A stretch of 64,000 nt of DNA from Candidatus Limnocylindria bacterium (GCA_036397815.1 DASWIE010000003.1:277-64276), one strand, 5' to 3'. Counted from the stretch's first letter, positions 49,203-59,580 are shown. Notes: generated by a model from the letters alone, not told the origin. Numbers and translations: made by a program.

Positions 49203-49802
49203 TCACACTTCGTCGCGGAGCACGGGCCGGTCGGAAGTGACCGGCTCGGGCAGCGACGGTTCCGACGGGCTGGGCTCAATGGCAAGCGCCTCGGCCGTGG
49301 AGCGGAAGATGCGCCCCACCCGCGGGGGCGGCGGCATGGCCTCAGCTTCCTCGGCGCCTGCAGCCGTCGGCTCGCGTTGGCCGGCGCTCGCTTCCGCCAT
49401 GACCGCGCACGCCGTCGCCAGATCCGCCAGGGCACAGCCCAGGTCAGGGTCCTCGGTCTGGACGTCGAGGCTCGGGGTCGCCACGCGCAGCCGCCACCAG
49501 GTCCGGTGCTCGTACGCCCATAGGCGATACGTCTCGGCCAGCAGGTCGACGCTTCGGACCGCCGGCCATGGATAGAGCCGGACCTGGAGCGAGTAGTGCG
49601 CCGACGAGCCGCGTGGGGCGTAGGAGCCGTCTAGCAGCCCGATCTCGGTGGCGACCAGGACGCGGCGGCCCTCGTCGTCACGGCCCTGCGGGATGGCATA
49701 GACCGCCACGTCGTCGACGTGCAGCGCGTTGAGGTGCAACGCGAGCCACTCGCGCAGCTCATCGTTCAGATACGGGTGCCGGGGCCAGTCCGCCAGTCGC
49801 AC
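49203..49802 (-). CDS. hypothetical protein (structured N-terminal ~130 aa plus Pro/Glu/Ala-rich tail)
   Basis: 199-aa ORF; GTG start with SD GGGAGGG at 5-nt spacing. No family recognised. Confidence 0.55.
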   Translation of the reverse strand: MRLADWPRHPYLNDELREWLALHLNALHVDDVAVYAIPQGRDDEGRRVLVATEIGLLDGSYAPRGSSAHYSLQVRLYPWPAVRSVDLLAETYRLWAYEHRTWWRLRVATPSLDVQTEDPDLGCALADLATACAVMAEASAGQREPTAAGAEEAEAMPPPPRVGRIFRSTAEALAIEPSPSEPSLPEPVTSDRPVLRDEV

Positions 49803-49876
49803 AGGAACCCTCCCTCGCAGCCCGTAGCCTATCCTCTCGCGGTGCGATCGGCCATCGTCAATCCCATCGATTTCGC

Positions 49877-51007
49877 GTGATGGCGCCCATCTCGTTTACC
49901 TTCCGCACCACAGCCGTAGGCCGGGCGCGGCTGGGGACGCTCATCACCCGCCACGGGTCGGTCGACACACCGCAGTTCATGCCGGTCGGCACCCAGGCGA
50001 CGGTCAAGAGCCTCACCCCCGCCGACCTGCGCACGGCGGGCACGCAGATCATCCTGGCCAACACGTACCACCTCTCGCTGCGGCCCGGGCACGAGCGCAT
50101 CGCTCGGCTTGGTGGGCTGCATCGGTTCATGGCCTGGGATGAACCGATCCTGACCGATTCGGGTGGATTCCAGGTCTTCAGCCTGGCCCACCTCGGCCTG
50201 GTGGACGACGACGGGGTCACCTTCGCCAGCCACCTTGACGGGTCGTCACAGCGCCTCACCCCCGAACGGGCCGTCCAGATCCAGGAGGCGCTGGGCAGCG
50301 ACATCGCGATGGCCTTTGACCAGCTCGTCGACTCGACGCTCTCGGCGGCCGAGGTCGCGATCGCGATGGAGCGAACCCACCGCTGGGCTGAGCGCTGCCT
50401 CGCCGCCCGCACGCGCTCGGACCAGGCGCTGTTCGGGATCGTGCAGGGCGGTGTCGACGCGGAGCTGCGGCGTCAGAGCATCGGCGCGATCGCCGCGCTG
50501 CCCTTCGACGGCATCGCCATCGGCGGCCTCTCGGTGGGGGAGGGCAAAGCCGAGATGGAGGCGACGCTCGACGTGGTGGCCGATGCGCTCGGCCACGATC
50601 CGCGGGTCCGGTACCTGATGGGCGTCGGTTCGCCCCTCGATTTCTTCACCGCGGTCGAGCGTGGCATCGACCTCTTCGACTGCGTCCTGCCGACGCGCGT
50701 CGCGCGCAACGGGCAGGCCTGGACCAGCGAGGGGAGGATCAACCTGCGGAACGCGCGTTTCCTGGACGACCCGGCGCCGCTCGACCCCACCTGCGACTGC
50801 GAGGCCTGCCGCAACCACTCCCGCGCCTACCTGGCGCACCTGTTCCGGGCCGAGGAGCTGCTCGCGTATCGCCTCGCCTCGGTCCACAACGTCACCTATA
50901 CTCTCGACCTGATGCGGCGCATCCGTGGCGCCCTTGCCGACGGGTCGTTCGCATCGCTGCAGGACACCGTTTCGGCGCGCTGGAAGCGTCGTGACGAGGT
51001 CCGGTAA
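49877..51007 (+). CDS. tgt: queuine tRNA-ribosyltransferase
   Basis: 376 aa; TPQFMPVGT, LTDSGGFQV and the zinc site CDCEAC...H. Confidence 0.95.
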   Translation: MMAPISFTFRTTAVGRARLGTLITRHGSVDTPQFMPVGTQATVKSLTPADLRTAGTQIILANTYHLSLRPGHERIARLGGLHRFMAWDEPILTDSGGFQVFSLAHLGLVDDDGVTFASHLDGSSQRLTPERAVQIQEALGSDIAMAFDQLVDSTLSAAEVAIAMERTHRWAERCLAARTRSDQALFGIVQGGVDAELRRQSIGAIAALPFDGIAIGGLSVGEGKAEMEATLDVVADALGHDPRVRYLMGVGSPLDFFTAVERGIDLFDCVLPTRVARNGQAWTSEGRINLRNARFLDDPAPLDPTCDCEACRNHSRAYLAHLFRAEELLAYRLASVHNVTYTLDLMRRIRGALADGSFASLQDTVSARWKRRDEVR

Positions 51008-51017
51008 GCCGTCGCTA

Positions 51018-51036
51018 ATGGGCCGGTAAGGCCCAT
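51018..51036 (+). terminator. hairpin after tgt
   Basis: ATGGGCC-GGTAA-GGCCCAT, 11 nt after the stop. No U-tract. Confidence 0.3.
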
Positions 51037-51084
51037 CTGCGAGGCTGACGGGCACTCGACCGGGTCCGATCGGAGGTATCGGGA

Positions 51085-51252
51085 ATGGCCAAGGGTCGAG
51101 ATCGACCACGTCACCAGGAGAAGCGAAAGCCGAAGGCCAAGGCGCCCAAGGTCCCGCCGCCCACATCGGGCTCGACCTATGAGCCGCCGGCGTCGGTCGA
51201 GTTGATCAAGCCAAAGCGCAAGCCGCGCTGGGAACCCGGCGAGGAGGAGTGA
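51085..51252 (+). CDS. possible small basic protein (55 aa), below the ORF-track length cutoff
   Basis: ATG 51085 preceded by GGAGG with an 8-nt spacer. Encodes [55 protein letters not shown]. Third-codon positions are strongly G/C. Confidence 0.4.
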   Translation: MAKGRDRPRHQEKRKPKAKAPKVPPPTSGSTYEPPASVELIKPKRKPRWEPGEEE

Positions 51253-51296
51253 CCGATCCGCCGCCGGGACAGATGAGAGAAGGAGCCCGCCAGACC

Positions 51297-52367
51297 ATGG
51301 ATGCCCCGGTGGCCCCGGCCCAGGCCCAGACCCCGCCACAGCGGAACGGTGAGCGCAGCCGCGCCGTCGACGCCGCCATCCTGCAGATCGAGAAGCAGTT
51401 CGGCCGCGGCTCGATCATGCGCCTCGGCGACAAGGGCGCCCACCAGAACGTGGACGTGGTGCCCACCGGATCGATCGCGCTCGACCTCGCGCTCGGCGTC
51501 GGCGGCATCCCGCGCGGCCGGATCACCGAGATCTTCGGCCCCGAGTCGAGCGGCAAGACCACGCTCTGCTACCACGTCGCCGCCAACGCGCAGCGCGCGG
51601 GTGGGATCGTGGCCTTCATCGATGCGGAGCACGCGCTTGACCCGAAGTACGCCGGCAACATCGGCATAAACGTGGATGAGCTGCTCGTCAGCCAGCCGGA
51701 CACCGGCGAGCAGGCGCTCGAGATCGCCGAGACCCTGATCCGCAGCAACGGCGTCGACGTGGTGATCGTCGACTCGGTCGCTGCGCTCGTTCCGCGCGCC
51801 GAGATTGAGGGCGAGATGGGGGACAGCTTCGTCGGCCTCCAGGCGCGCCTCATGAGCCAGGCCCTGCGCAAGCTTACGGGCGCCATCAACCGCTCGAACA
51901 CGGCCCTCATCTTCACCAACCAGCTGCGCGAGAAGATCGGCGTCATGTTCGGCAACCCGGAGACGACGCCCGGCGGCCGCGCCCTCAAGTTCTACTGCTC
52001 GGTGCGCCTCGATATCCGGCGCATCGAGACGCTGAAGACCGGGACCGATGCGATCGGCTCACGGACCAGGGTCAAGGTGGTGAAGAACAAGGTTGCCTCG
52101 CCGTTCCGGCTCGCCGAGTTCGACATCATGTACAACGAGGGCATCAGCCGCGAGGGCGGGCTGCTGGACGTGGGGATCGCGGCAGGCGTCCTGTCCAAGA
52201 CCGGCGCCTGGTTCAACTACGGCGAGACGCGGCTGGGCCAGGGGCGCGAGAACTCGCGCGATTTCCTCAAGGCCAATCCGGAGCTGGCCAGCCGGATCGA
52301 GCAGGAGATCCGCGGCAAGGTCAACTCGATCGAGGTCGGCGTCGAGGGAATCAGCGAGGCCGAGTAG
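51297..52367 (+). CDS. recA: recombinase RecA
   Basis: [25 protein letters not shown] and the rest of the RecA core. Start is uncertain: ATG 51297, ATG 51273 or GTG 51249. Confidence 0.95.
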   Translation: MDAPVAPAQAQTPPQRNGERSRAVDAAILQIEKQFGRGSIMRLGDKGAHQNVDVVPTGSIALDLALGVGGIPRGRITEIFGPESSGKTTLCYHVAANAQRAGGIVAFIDAEHALDPKYAGNIGINVDELLVSQPDTGEQALEIAETLIRSNGVDVVIVDSVAALVPRAEIEGEMGDSFVGLQARLMSQALRKLTGAINRSNTALIFTNQLREKIGVMFGNPETTPGGRALKFYCSVRLDIRRIETLKTGTDAIGSRTRVKVVKNKVASPFRLAEFDIMYNEGISREGGLLDVGIAAGVLSKTGAWFNYGETRLGQGRENSRDFLKANPELASRIEQEIRGKVNSIEVGVEGISEAE

Positions 52368-52373
52368 GCGTCG

Positions 52374-52922
52374 GTGGCGGAGCAGCTGCCGCGCCGGCCG
52401 CGCCGCGGTCCCGTCCGCCGCGAGCCTCCCGACGCGGAAGGCGCGATGGAGGTCGCCGCCCGGTTCCTCGGAACTCGGCCGCGCACCCGCTGGGAGCTCA
52501 CACGGCGGCTTCGCCGGGCAGGAGCCGCCCCGGAGGTGATCGAGGCCACGCTCGAGCGCCTCGCCGAGCTGGGCTACGTCGACGATGTCGCCTTCGCGCG
52601 CTGGTGGCTGGAGCAACGCGACCGTCATGCGCCGCGCGGGCGACGGATGGTGGAGGCTGAGCTCCGGCAGCACGGTGTCCCCCGCGAGGTGGTGGAAACC
52701 CTGCGAGAGGCTGAGGCCGAGCTGCCGCCGGAGACCGAGGAAGCGCGCGCACGGATCGCGCTGGAGCGGCACCTGCGCGGGCGGCCGATGCCTGAGGACC
52801 GCCCGGCACTCCAGCGACTCGGCACGTTCCTGGTGCGCCGTGGCTTCGACCCCCAGACGGTGCGCCGCACCCTGCGTCGGCAGGCCGCGGAGGGCGAGGA
52901 TCTGGCAGACGAGAGCAGTTGA
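52374..52922 (+). CDS. recX: recombination regulator RecX
   Basis: 182 aa, GTG start; three-helix repeats (RTRWELTRRLRRAG...LGYVDDVAFARWW). Directly downstream of recA. Confidence 0.88.
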   Translation: MAEQLPRRPRRGPVRREPPDAEGAMEVAARFLGTRPRTRWELTRRLRRAGAAPEVIEATLERLAELGYVDDVAFARWWLEQRDRHAPRGRRMVEAELRQHGVPREVVETLREAEAELPPETEEARARIALERHLRGRPMPEDRPALQRLGTFLVRRGFDPQTVRRTLRRQAAEGEDLADESS

Positions 52923-52927
52923 GCATC

Positions 52928-53100
52928 CTGCCGTGCCAGCGTTTCGCAGATGCGCACCCACAGATCGTTAGCGACTGTCGCGGGGCACCATGGGCGATCC
53001 GCACCGCCAGGCTGAGCACGAATTAGGCACCGTCGGGGCAAGCGAGCCCCGGTGGCAGGCGCTTACGTTCCGTACGCGCGCATTTGCGAAAATCGCCGCC
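52928..53100 (-). repeat. possible decayed copy of the palindromic repeat family
   Basis: Starts 6 nt after the recX stop. CTGCCGTGCCAGC (cf. TTGCCGTCTATCAGC); GTTAGCGACT; GCTGAGCACGAATTAGGC versus the reverse complement of the c3 core, GCTGAGCGTGAATTCTGGC; CGCTTACGTTCCGTACGCGCGCATTTGC versus CGCTTAGCAGTAACGCCATTGC. Confidence 0.35.
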
Positions 53101-53189
53101 GCACGACCCGATCGCCGATGCCAGCCGCGGTATCGTGGACGGGTAGCATCGGTCCATCAACCGCATCCGACACGGCTTGGGTGAGCTGA

Positions 53190-54152
53190 ATGCGCTTCGC
53201 ACTGATGACGGAGCCCCAGCAGGGGCTCAGCTACGACGAGATCCTGGCCCTGGCCCGCGCGGCCGAAGACGCGGGCCTCGAGACGTTCTTCCGCTCCGAT
53301 CACTACACCAGCTTTCCGGGCGAGGCGGGACTGCCGACCACCGACGCCTGGGCGACGCTGGCCGGGCTGGCGCGCGACACGACGCGCATCGGCCTCGGCA
53401 CGCTCGTCTCGCCGGTCACCTTCCGCATCCCCGGCCCCTTCGCGAAGATGGTCGCCACCGTCGACGAGATGAGCGGCGGACGGATCGAGCTGGGCATGGG
53501 CGCCGGCTGGAATGACGAGGAGCACGCAGAGCTGGGCATTCCGTTTCCACCCCTCGGCGAGCGGTACGACATGCTGCAGGAGGCGGTCGCCATCGTCCAC
53601 GGCCTGTGGACGGAGCCGGACGGCTGGGGCTTGGAGGGCAAGCACTGGCGCGTGGCCGGATCGCGCTTCCATGCCAAGCCGGCGCGGAATGGACGTCGCC
53701 ATCCGCCGATCATCCTGGGCGGCGACGGCGGCCCGCGCCTGGCTCGCCTGGCGGCCCGCTACGCGGACGAGTTCAACCTCTCCTCCGCCACGCCGCAGAA
53801 GGCCCGCGAGGCATTCGGCCGCATGCGCGACACGTGCGTGGCAATCGACCGCGATCCGGGCAGCCTGCGCCTCTCGGCCATGACCGGCGTGCTTCTCGCC
53901 GACTCCCCAGGAGAGCTGCGCGACCGGATCCGCGAGCAGCTGGCCTTCACCGGCGCCGGCGACGACGCCGAGGCCTGGCTGGCCGATCGTCGGGATCGTT
54001 GGATCCTCGGCACCCTGGACGAGGCCAGCTCACGGGTGCAGGCGCTCGCCGACGCCGGGGCCGAGCGCATCATGCTCCAGGACTTCCTGCCCCGCGACGT
54101 GGCGATGGTGGGGCTGATGGGCCACCTGGCAGCCGCGATGGCCGGCGGATGA
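53190..54152 (+). CDS. LLM-class (luciferase-like) F420-dependent oxidoreductase
   Basis: 320 aa; MRFALMTEPQQG...RSDHY...GTLVSPVTFR...GMGAGWNDEEH. Confidence 0.85.
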   Translation: MRFALMTEPQQGLSYDEILALARAAEDAGLETFFRSDHYTSFPGEAGLPTTDAWATLAGLARDTTRIGLGTLVSPVTFRIPGPFAKMVATVDEMSGGRIELGMGAGWNDEEHAELGIPFPPLGERYDMLQEAVAIVHGLWTEPDGWGLEGKHWRVAGSRFHAKPARNGRRHPPIILGGDGGPRLARLAARYADEFNLSSATPQKAREAFGRMRDTCVAIDRDPGSLRLSAMTGVLLADSPGELRDRIREQLAFTGAGDDAEAWLADRRDRWILGTLDEASSRVQALADAGAERIMLQDFLPRDVAMVGLMGHLAAAMAGG

Positions 54153-54340
54153 CCGATGCACCCGGCTGCCGCCGGGGTGGGTCGCGCCGAGTTGCGGTAC
54201 ACTCGCCGGGCGGCTTGATCCTGGCTTCATCAATCGTCGACCGGCCGCCGAGAATCGCCTGAACTCGATGCAGTTGACCTGCGCCCGACCGTTGCGGGCG
54301 CCACATCGCCCATAACCGGGCTCCAACCACGGAGGAGCCG

Positions 54341-55873
54341 ATGCCTGACATCACGTTCGCCCTCCCGGCGGCGCTCGTCGCCCTCATCCTCGGTGTGGCG
54401 ATCGGATACGTCGCTCGCCGATACCTGGCCGCCAGCGCGGTCAAGCATGCCGAGCATTACGCGGAGCGCCTGGTCGCCGAGGCGCGCGCCAAGCAGAAGG
54501 AGATCGTCCTCGAGGGCAAGGACGACGCGCTGCAGGCGCAGCGCGCTGCCGAGGAGGAGGCGCGCGAGAAGCGAGCCGAGCTGCTGCGCCAGGAGCGCCT
54601 CCTGCTCGATCGGTCCGAGAGCCTGGATCGCAAGGTCGAGGCGCAGGAGCGACGGGAGGGCGCACTCGAGGAACGACAACAGGAGCTCGAGGGGGAGCGA
54701 GCGGCTCTCGCCGAGCTCGAGCAGCGGCAGCTGGTTGAGCTGGAGCGCGTCAGCGGCCTGTCCGTGGCCGAGGCTCGGCAGTCGCTGATCGGCCACATCG
54801 TCGACGAGGCTCGCGCTGAAGCGCAGCAGCAGGTGCGCGAGATCGAGAGGCGGGCGAACGACGAGGGCGACGAGCGCGCGCGGCGGATCCTGACCACCGT
54901 CATGCAGCGCATCGCCGCCGACCACACCTCGGAAGCGACCGTCACGGTGGTCCCCTTGCCCAGCGAGGAGATGAAGGGCCGCATCATCGGCCGCGAGGGT
55001 CGCAACATCCGGGCGCTGGAGCAGGCCACCGGCGTCGACCTAATCATCGACGACACGCCCGAGGCGGTGGTGCTCTCGGGATTCGATCCCGTGCGCCGCG
55101 AGGTGGCGCGGATGGCCCTCACCAAGCTGATCAGCGACGGGCGGATCCACCCCGGGCGGATCGAGGAGATGGTGGCCAAGTGCCGCGCCGAGATCGAGGT
55201 CGTGATGCGCCAGGCCGGCGAGCAGGCGGCGTACGACGCCGGCGTGCCGGGCCTGCATCCCGAGCTCATCAAGCTCCTCGGCCGGCTGAAGTACCGCACC
55301 AGCTATGGGCAGAACGTGCTCAACCACTGCATCGAGACGGCGCGCCTGGCCGGGTTGCTGGCCGCCGAGATCGGCGCCAACGTGGCCGAGTCGAAGAAGG
55401 GCGGCCTGCTGCATGACATCGGCAAGGCGATCGACCACGAGGTGGAGGGGCCCCACGCGCTGATCGGCGGCGACGTCGCGCAGCGCTATGGGGTCAATGC
55501 CACGGTCTGCAACGCCATCGCCGCGCACCACCAGGAAGTCGAGCAGGCCTCGACCGAGGCGACCGTGGTGCAGATCGCCGACGCGATCAGCGCCTCGCGC
55601 CCCGGCGCGCGCGGCGAGTCGCTCGACAACTACGTGAAGCGCCTGGACGACCTGCAGCAGATCGCGCTCAGCTTCCCCGGTGTCGAGCGCTGCTTCGCCA
55701 TCCAGGCCGGCCGCGAGATCCGGATCCTAGTCCGCCCGGAGGATATCGACGACCTCGCCTCGTCGCGCCTGGCGCGCGACGTGGTGAAGAAGATCGAGGA
55801 GCAGCTCCAGTACCCCGGGCAGATCAAGGTGACGGTGATCCGCGAGACGCGCGCCATCGACTACGCCCGATGA
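54341..55873 (+). CDS. rny: ribonuclease Y
   Basis: 510 aa; N-terminal TM, coiled coil, KH (GRIIGREGRNIRALE) and HD (LLHDIGKA). Confidence 0.95.
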   Translation: MPDITFALPAALVALILGVAIGYVARRYLAASAVKHAEHYAERLVAEARAKQKEIVLEGKDDALQAQRAAEEEAREKRAELLRQERLLLDRSESLDRKVEAQERREGALEERQQELEGERAALAELEQRQLVELERVSGLSVAEARQSLIGHIVDEARAEAQQQVREIERRANDEGDERARRILTTVMQRIAADHTSEATVTVVPLPSEEMKGRIIGREGRNIRALEQATGVDLIIDDTPEAVVLSGFDPVRREVARMALTKLISDGRIHPGRIEEMVAKCRAEIEVVMRQAGEQAAYDAGVPGLHPELIKLLGRLKYRTSYGQNVLNHCIETARLAGLLAAEIGANVAESKKGGLLHDIGKAIDHEVEGPHALIGGDVAQRYGVNATVCNAIAAHHQEVEQASTEATVVQIADAISASRPGARGESLDNYVKRLDDLQQIALSFPGVERCFAIQAGREIRILVRPEDIDDLASSRLARDVVKKIEEQLQYPGQIKVTVIRETRAIDYAR

Positions 55874-56679
55874 CGGACCGCGCCGCGCTGCTGCGGTGCA
55901 TGGTCATCGGCGACATCATCGGCAAGCCTGGCCGCCTGGCGGTGGTGCAGACCCTGACCGACATGCGCGGCGAGCTGGACCTGGACCTGGTGGTGGCCAA
56001 CGGTGAGAACGTGGCCGCCGGCGCGGGCCTGACGCCGAGCCTGGCGGAGGAGCTCCTTTCGCACGGCGTGGACGTCATCACCAGTGGCAACCACGTCTGG
56101 GACAAGCGCGAGGTGTACGAGTACCTCGACTCGGGGCGGCCGGTACTGCGACCGATGAACTACCCCGATGACGCGCCCGGTCGGGGCTGGCTCGTCCACC
56201 CGCTGCCCGATGGGGGGCAGGTGGCCGTGGTCAACGTCATGGGACGCGTCTTCATGAATCAGCTCGACTCGCCGTTCAGCGCGATGGACGCGCTGCTCGA
56301 CGGCGCCGCCGAACCCCTGCCCCCGGTCCGGATCGTCGACTTCCACTGCGAGATCACGTCCGAGAAGAACGCGATGGGCTGGTTCCTCGACGGTCGCGTG
56401 AGCGCGGTGGTGGGGACCCACACCCACGTGCCCACCGCCGACGCGCGCGTGCTGCCGAAGGGGACCGCCTACATCAGCGACGTGGGCATGACCGGGCCGC
56501 GCGACTCGATCATCGGGTTCAGCCTGGAGACCGTGCTGCCGCGGTTCCTGACGCACCTGCCGACCCGCTTCCACGTCGCGGACGGGCCGGTCTCCCTCAA
56601 CGCGGTGGTGATCACCGCAGAGCGCGCCACCGGACGAGCTCGCTCGATCGACCAGGTGCAACGCCTTATCGAGGTCTGA
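55870..56679 (+). CDS. ymdB: TIGR00282/YmdB family metallophosphoesterase
   Basis: 269 aa; GDIIGKPGR...ANGENVAAG...DFHCE. ATGA overlap with rny. Confidence 0.9.
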   Translation: MTDRAALLRCMVIGDIIGKPGRLAVVQTLTDMRGELDLDLVVANGENVAAGAGLTPSLAEELLSHGVDVITSGNHVWDKREVYEYLDSGRPVLRPMNYPDDAPGRGWLVHPLPDGGQVAVVNVMGRVFMNQLDSPFSAMDALLDGAAEPLPPVRIVDFHCEITSEKNAMGWFLDGRVSAVVGTHTHVPTADARVLPKGTAYISDVGMTGPRDSIIGFSLETVLPRFLTHLPTRFHVADGPVSLNAVVITAERATGRARSIDQVQRLIEV

Positions 56680-56691
56680 TCCGCGCGACCG

Positions 56692-57654
56692 ATGGCGCCG
56701 CCGACTCCGCGCCGACCCGCCCCCTCACCGCCGATAGCCGCCATCGTCGGCCCGACCGCGTCGGGCAAGACCGACCTGGCGCTGGCCGTCGCCCGTCGCC
56801 TGCCAGTGGAGATCCTGGTGGCGGACTCCCGGCAGGTGTACCGCGGCATGGACATCGGCACCGCCAAGCCCGACGCCGCGGCGCGCGCGGCGGTCCCACA
56901 TCACCTCCTCGATCTGGCCGATCCGGATGAGCCCTTCTCGGTCGTCGACTGGCTGGCGGGTGCCCGCTCGCTGGTCCCCGAGGTGGCGGCCCGCGGACGG
57001 CTGCCCCTGATCGTCGGCGGCACCGGCCTGTACGTCTCGGCCCTGCTGGACGGCTACGAGCTGCCGGGCCAGGCGCCGCCGCCCGAGCTGCGCCGCCGCC
57101 TGGTCGCCGAGCTCGAGACGAGCGGGCTGCCGCCCCTCGCCGCGCGCCTGTCGCGCGTGGACCCGGCCGCGGCGGCGCGCACCGACCTGCGCAATCCCCG
57201 GCGCGTCCTGCGCGCGCTGGAACGGGTCGAGGCGGCCGGTGGGGGAGCGGCCCCCGCCGCCGGCGCGGCTCCCTATCCCGGGCGGATGGCCATCCTCGGC
57301 CTCAGCCGGCCGCCGGACGTCCTGCGCGCGCGGGTGGATGCGCGCGTGGCCTGGATGTTCGGCAACGGGCTGCTCGACGAGGTTCGAGGCCTGCTCGACG
57401 CCGGTTACGACGCGGACCAGTCACCGATGACCGGCCACGGCTACCGCGAGGCGGCGCGGGTGCTGGCGGGGGAGTGGAACGTGGCGCGGGCGATCGAGGT
57501 CACCGCTCGCCACACAAGGCAGTACGCAAAGCGCCAGGTCACCTGGCTGCGGCGCGACGCGCGGATCGTGTGGCTACCGGCTGGTGCGCTGCCGGCGGAA
57601 GACCCGGCGCTGGTCGAGCAGGCGGTCGACTTGCTGCGGGCCCTGCTGGCCTGA
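56692..57654 (+). CDS. miaA: tRNA dimethylallyltransferase
   Basis: 320 aa; GPTASGKTDLAL, DSRQVYRGMDIGTAKP. Confidence 0.93.
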   Translation: MAPPTPRRPAPSPPIAAIVGPTASGKTDLALAVARRLPVEILVADSRQVYRGMDIGTAKPDAAARAAVPHHLLDLADPDEPFSVVDWLAGARSLVPEVAARGRLPLIVGGTGLYVSALLDGYELPGQAPPPELRRRLVAELETSGLPPLAARLSRVDPAAAARTDLRNPRRVLRALERVEAAGGGAAPAAGAAPYPGRMAILGLSRPPDVLRARVDARVAWMFGNGLLDEVRGLLDAGYDADQSPMTGHGYREAARVLAGEWNVARAIEVTARHTRQYAKRQVTWLRRDARIVWLPAGALPAEDPALVEQAVDLLRALLA

Positions 57655-57657
57655 CCG

Positions 57658-59301
57658 TCAGGCCGCCGGCAGGCCGATCGACTGCCGCCAGGCGGCGAGC
57701 TCGGCGGATGTGGACGGGACGCCGGCGGCCTCCACGCGACGTAGCGGTTCGAAGACCGGCGCGGCGGCGGATGGCACCAGGTCGCTCTCGGGCAGCGCGC
57801 CAGGCCGCCCGAGCAGGTAGCCCTGCCCGGCGGGCACGCCCAGGGCGAGCAGCTGTGCGACCTGCTCCGGGCGCTCGACGCCCTCGCCCACGACCAGCGC
57901 GCCGGTGCGCGACGCGAACGAGACGACGGACTCGACGACCGCGCTGGAGGAGGCGTTCGAGGCGCTGCGCTGCACCAGGCTCAGATCCACCTTGACGACG
58001 TCGAAGCGCATCTCGCTGAGCAGGCGCAGGCCGGCGTTGCCGGCACCGACGTCGTCGGCGGCCAGGCGGATACCGGCGCCCCGGCAGGTCTCGAGCTTCT
58101 GGCGCACGCGCTCCAGATCGGTGATCGGCTGCTGCTCGGTGAGCTCCAGGATCAGCCGCTCGGGCGGGAAGTGATGGCGGACCAGGATGCTGAGCAGGGC
58201 GGCGGCGCTGAACTCCGGCGCCTCGACGGTGGCCGGCGATATGTTGACCGACAGGTGATACTCCGGCGCCAGGTCCTCCGCCCCGGCCACGATCGTCTCG
58301 ATGCAGGTCAGGTCGAGTGGCAGCAGGTGGCCGCTGGCGGCGGCCGCGGCGAAGAGGCTGTCGGGATCCACGAACGGCGCGGGAGGGATCGGCCGAATCA
58401 GCCCCTCGAAGCCAAGGACCCGGCCGCTCTCCAGCTCGACGATCGGTTGATAGACCGGGCGCAGCTGCGAGCGGGCGATCACCTCGGCCACGGCCGCGGA
58501 CGAGCTGGCGTCGACCGCCATCGGCTCGGTGGCGACGTCGAAGATCACCACGTCGGTCCGCCCGGCTCGCTTGGCGCTGTACAGGGCCGCATCGGCCTGG
58601 GTGTAGAGCTGGGCGCGGGTCGTGGCCGGTTCCGGCAGGGCGCTGATGCCGGCCGAGAAGGAGAGCGACGCGTCGCCGTCGTCGCGCAGCGGTGGCTGCA
58701 GCGCGTTCGCCAGCAGCCGGCGCGTCACGATCTTGGCCGCCTCCGCGTCGGTGTGCGGCAGCAGGATCGCGAACTCATCGCCGCCGATGCGGAATGGCCG
58801 GTCGACGCGGCGCACGGAGTGCGCCACGAGGTTGCCGAAGCGTGCCAGCGCGCGATCGCCGCCGGCGTGGCCCTTGCTGTCGTTGATCGCCTTGAACTCG
58901 TCCAGGTCGAGGATAACCAGCGACACCGGCACGTCGTAGCGCTGCGCGGCCTCGACCTGCCGGTCGAGCTCCTCCTGGAAGGCTCGATGGTTGCCGAGCC
59001 CGGTGAGCGGGTCGCGCAGGGCATCGGCGAGCGCCTCCTGGTAGCGGTCCTGGAGTTCGGCGCGCGAGCGCGCCAGCGGGGTGATGACATACCGATGCAG
59101 ACCGATCCCGACCAGCAGCGCGGCACCGAGGCCGCTGGCAACGCCGCGCAGCGCGGCGTTGTCGACGTAATCGACGATGACCCGGTCGATGATGATCGCG
59201 GCGGCGATGCTCGCGGCCAGCGCGACGGACAGCCGCAACCAGAGGCCGAACCGCGACTCGCGGCCCCGACCCCCGGCCTGCGCCTGTGCAGCGACGTTCA
59301 T
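57658..59301 (-). CDS. membrane-anchored GGDEF/EAL-domain c-di-GMP protein
   Basis: 547 aa from ATG 59301 (SD GGAGAGG); RIGGDEFAILL, then EGLIRP...DDVGAGNAGL. The upstream 67 codons of ORF ..59502 run into repeat c4 and are rejected. Confidence 0.88.
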   Translation of the reverse strand: MNVAAQAQAGGRGRESRFGLWLRLSVALAASIAAAIIIDRVIVDYVDNAALRGVASGLGAALLVGIGLHRYVITPLARSRAELQDRYQEALADALRDPLTGLGNHRAFQEELDRQVEAAQRYDVPVSLVILDLDEFKAINDSKGHAGGDRALARFGNLVAHSVRRVDRPFRIGGDEFAILLPHTDAEAAKIVTRRLLANALQPPLRDDGDASLSFSAGISALPEPATTRAQLYTQADAALYSAKRAGRTDVVIFDVATEPMAVDASSSAAVAEVIARSQLRPVYQPIVELESGRVLGFEGLIRPIPPAPFVDPDSLFAAAAASGHLLPLDLTCIETIVAGAEDLAPEYHLSVNISPATVEAPEFSAAALLSILVRHHFPPERLILELTEQQPITDLERVRQKLETCRGAGIRLAADDVGAGNAGLRLLSEMRFDVVKVDLSLVQRSASNASSSAVVESVVSFASRTGALVVGEGVERPEQVAQLLALGVPAGQGYLLGRPGALPESDLVPSAAAPVFEPLRRVEAAGVPSTSAELAAWRQSIGLPAA

Positions 59302-59426
59302 GGGCCTCTCCAACGCCCCCCGGGATGATGCGGATAGGTATGGCACACCATGGTGGGGGATGGCGAGTGACCGATAAGTACCAGTCGCCGTTCCGAGGGG
59401 CGCCCGGCGATCGCCTCGAGGGCCCG

Positions 59427-59580
59427 CTTTCTGTCTCTTAGCAATACCGTTACTGCTAAGCGAGCAAACGAGTGCCGCAGGCAAGATGGCTCCCTCGTCC
59501 ACGCTCAGCGGGGACGGTCCGATAGGCCAATCGGGACTCGCGATTCGCTTACCAGTAACCAGGTTGCTGAGAGACGGGAC
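59427..59580 (+). repeat. palindromic MITE-like repeat, canonical copy c4
   Basis: CTTTCTGTCTCTTAGCAATACCGTTACTGCTAAGCG ... CGCTTACCAGTAACCAGGTTGCTGAGAGACGGGAC. Confidence 0.85.

Noticed and set aside
59302-59502. N-terminal 67-codon extension of the GGDEF-EAL ORF (and likewise 323..490 for paaD, 25376..25492 for ruvC, 30887..31102 for hiuH, 46578..46706 for the permease).
   Set aside because: The extensions run through the repeat or overlap neighbouring genes and lack an SD. Internal starts with good SD sites give N-termini that match the expected family.
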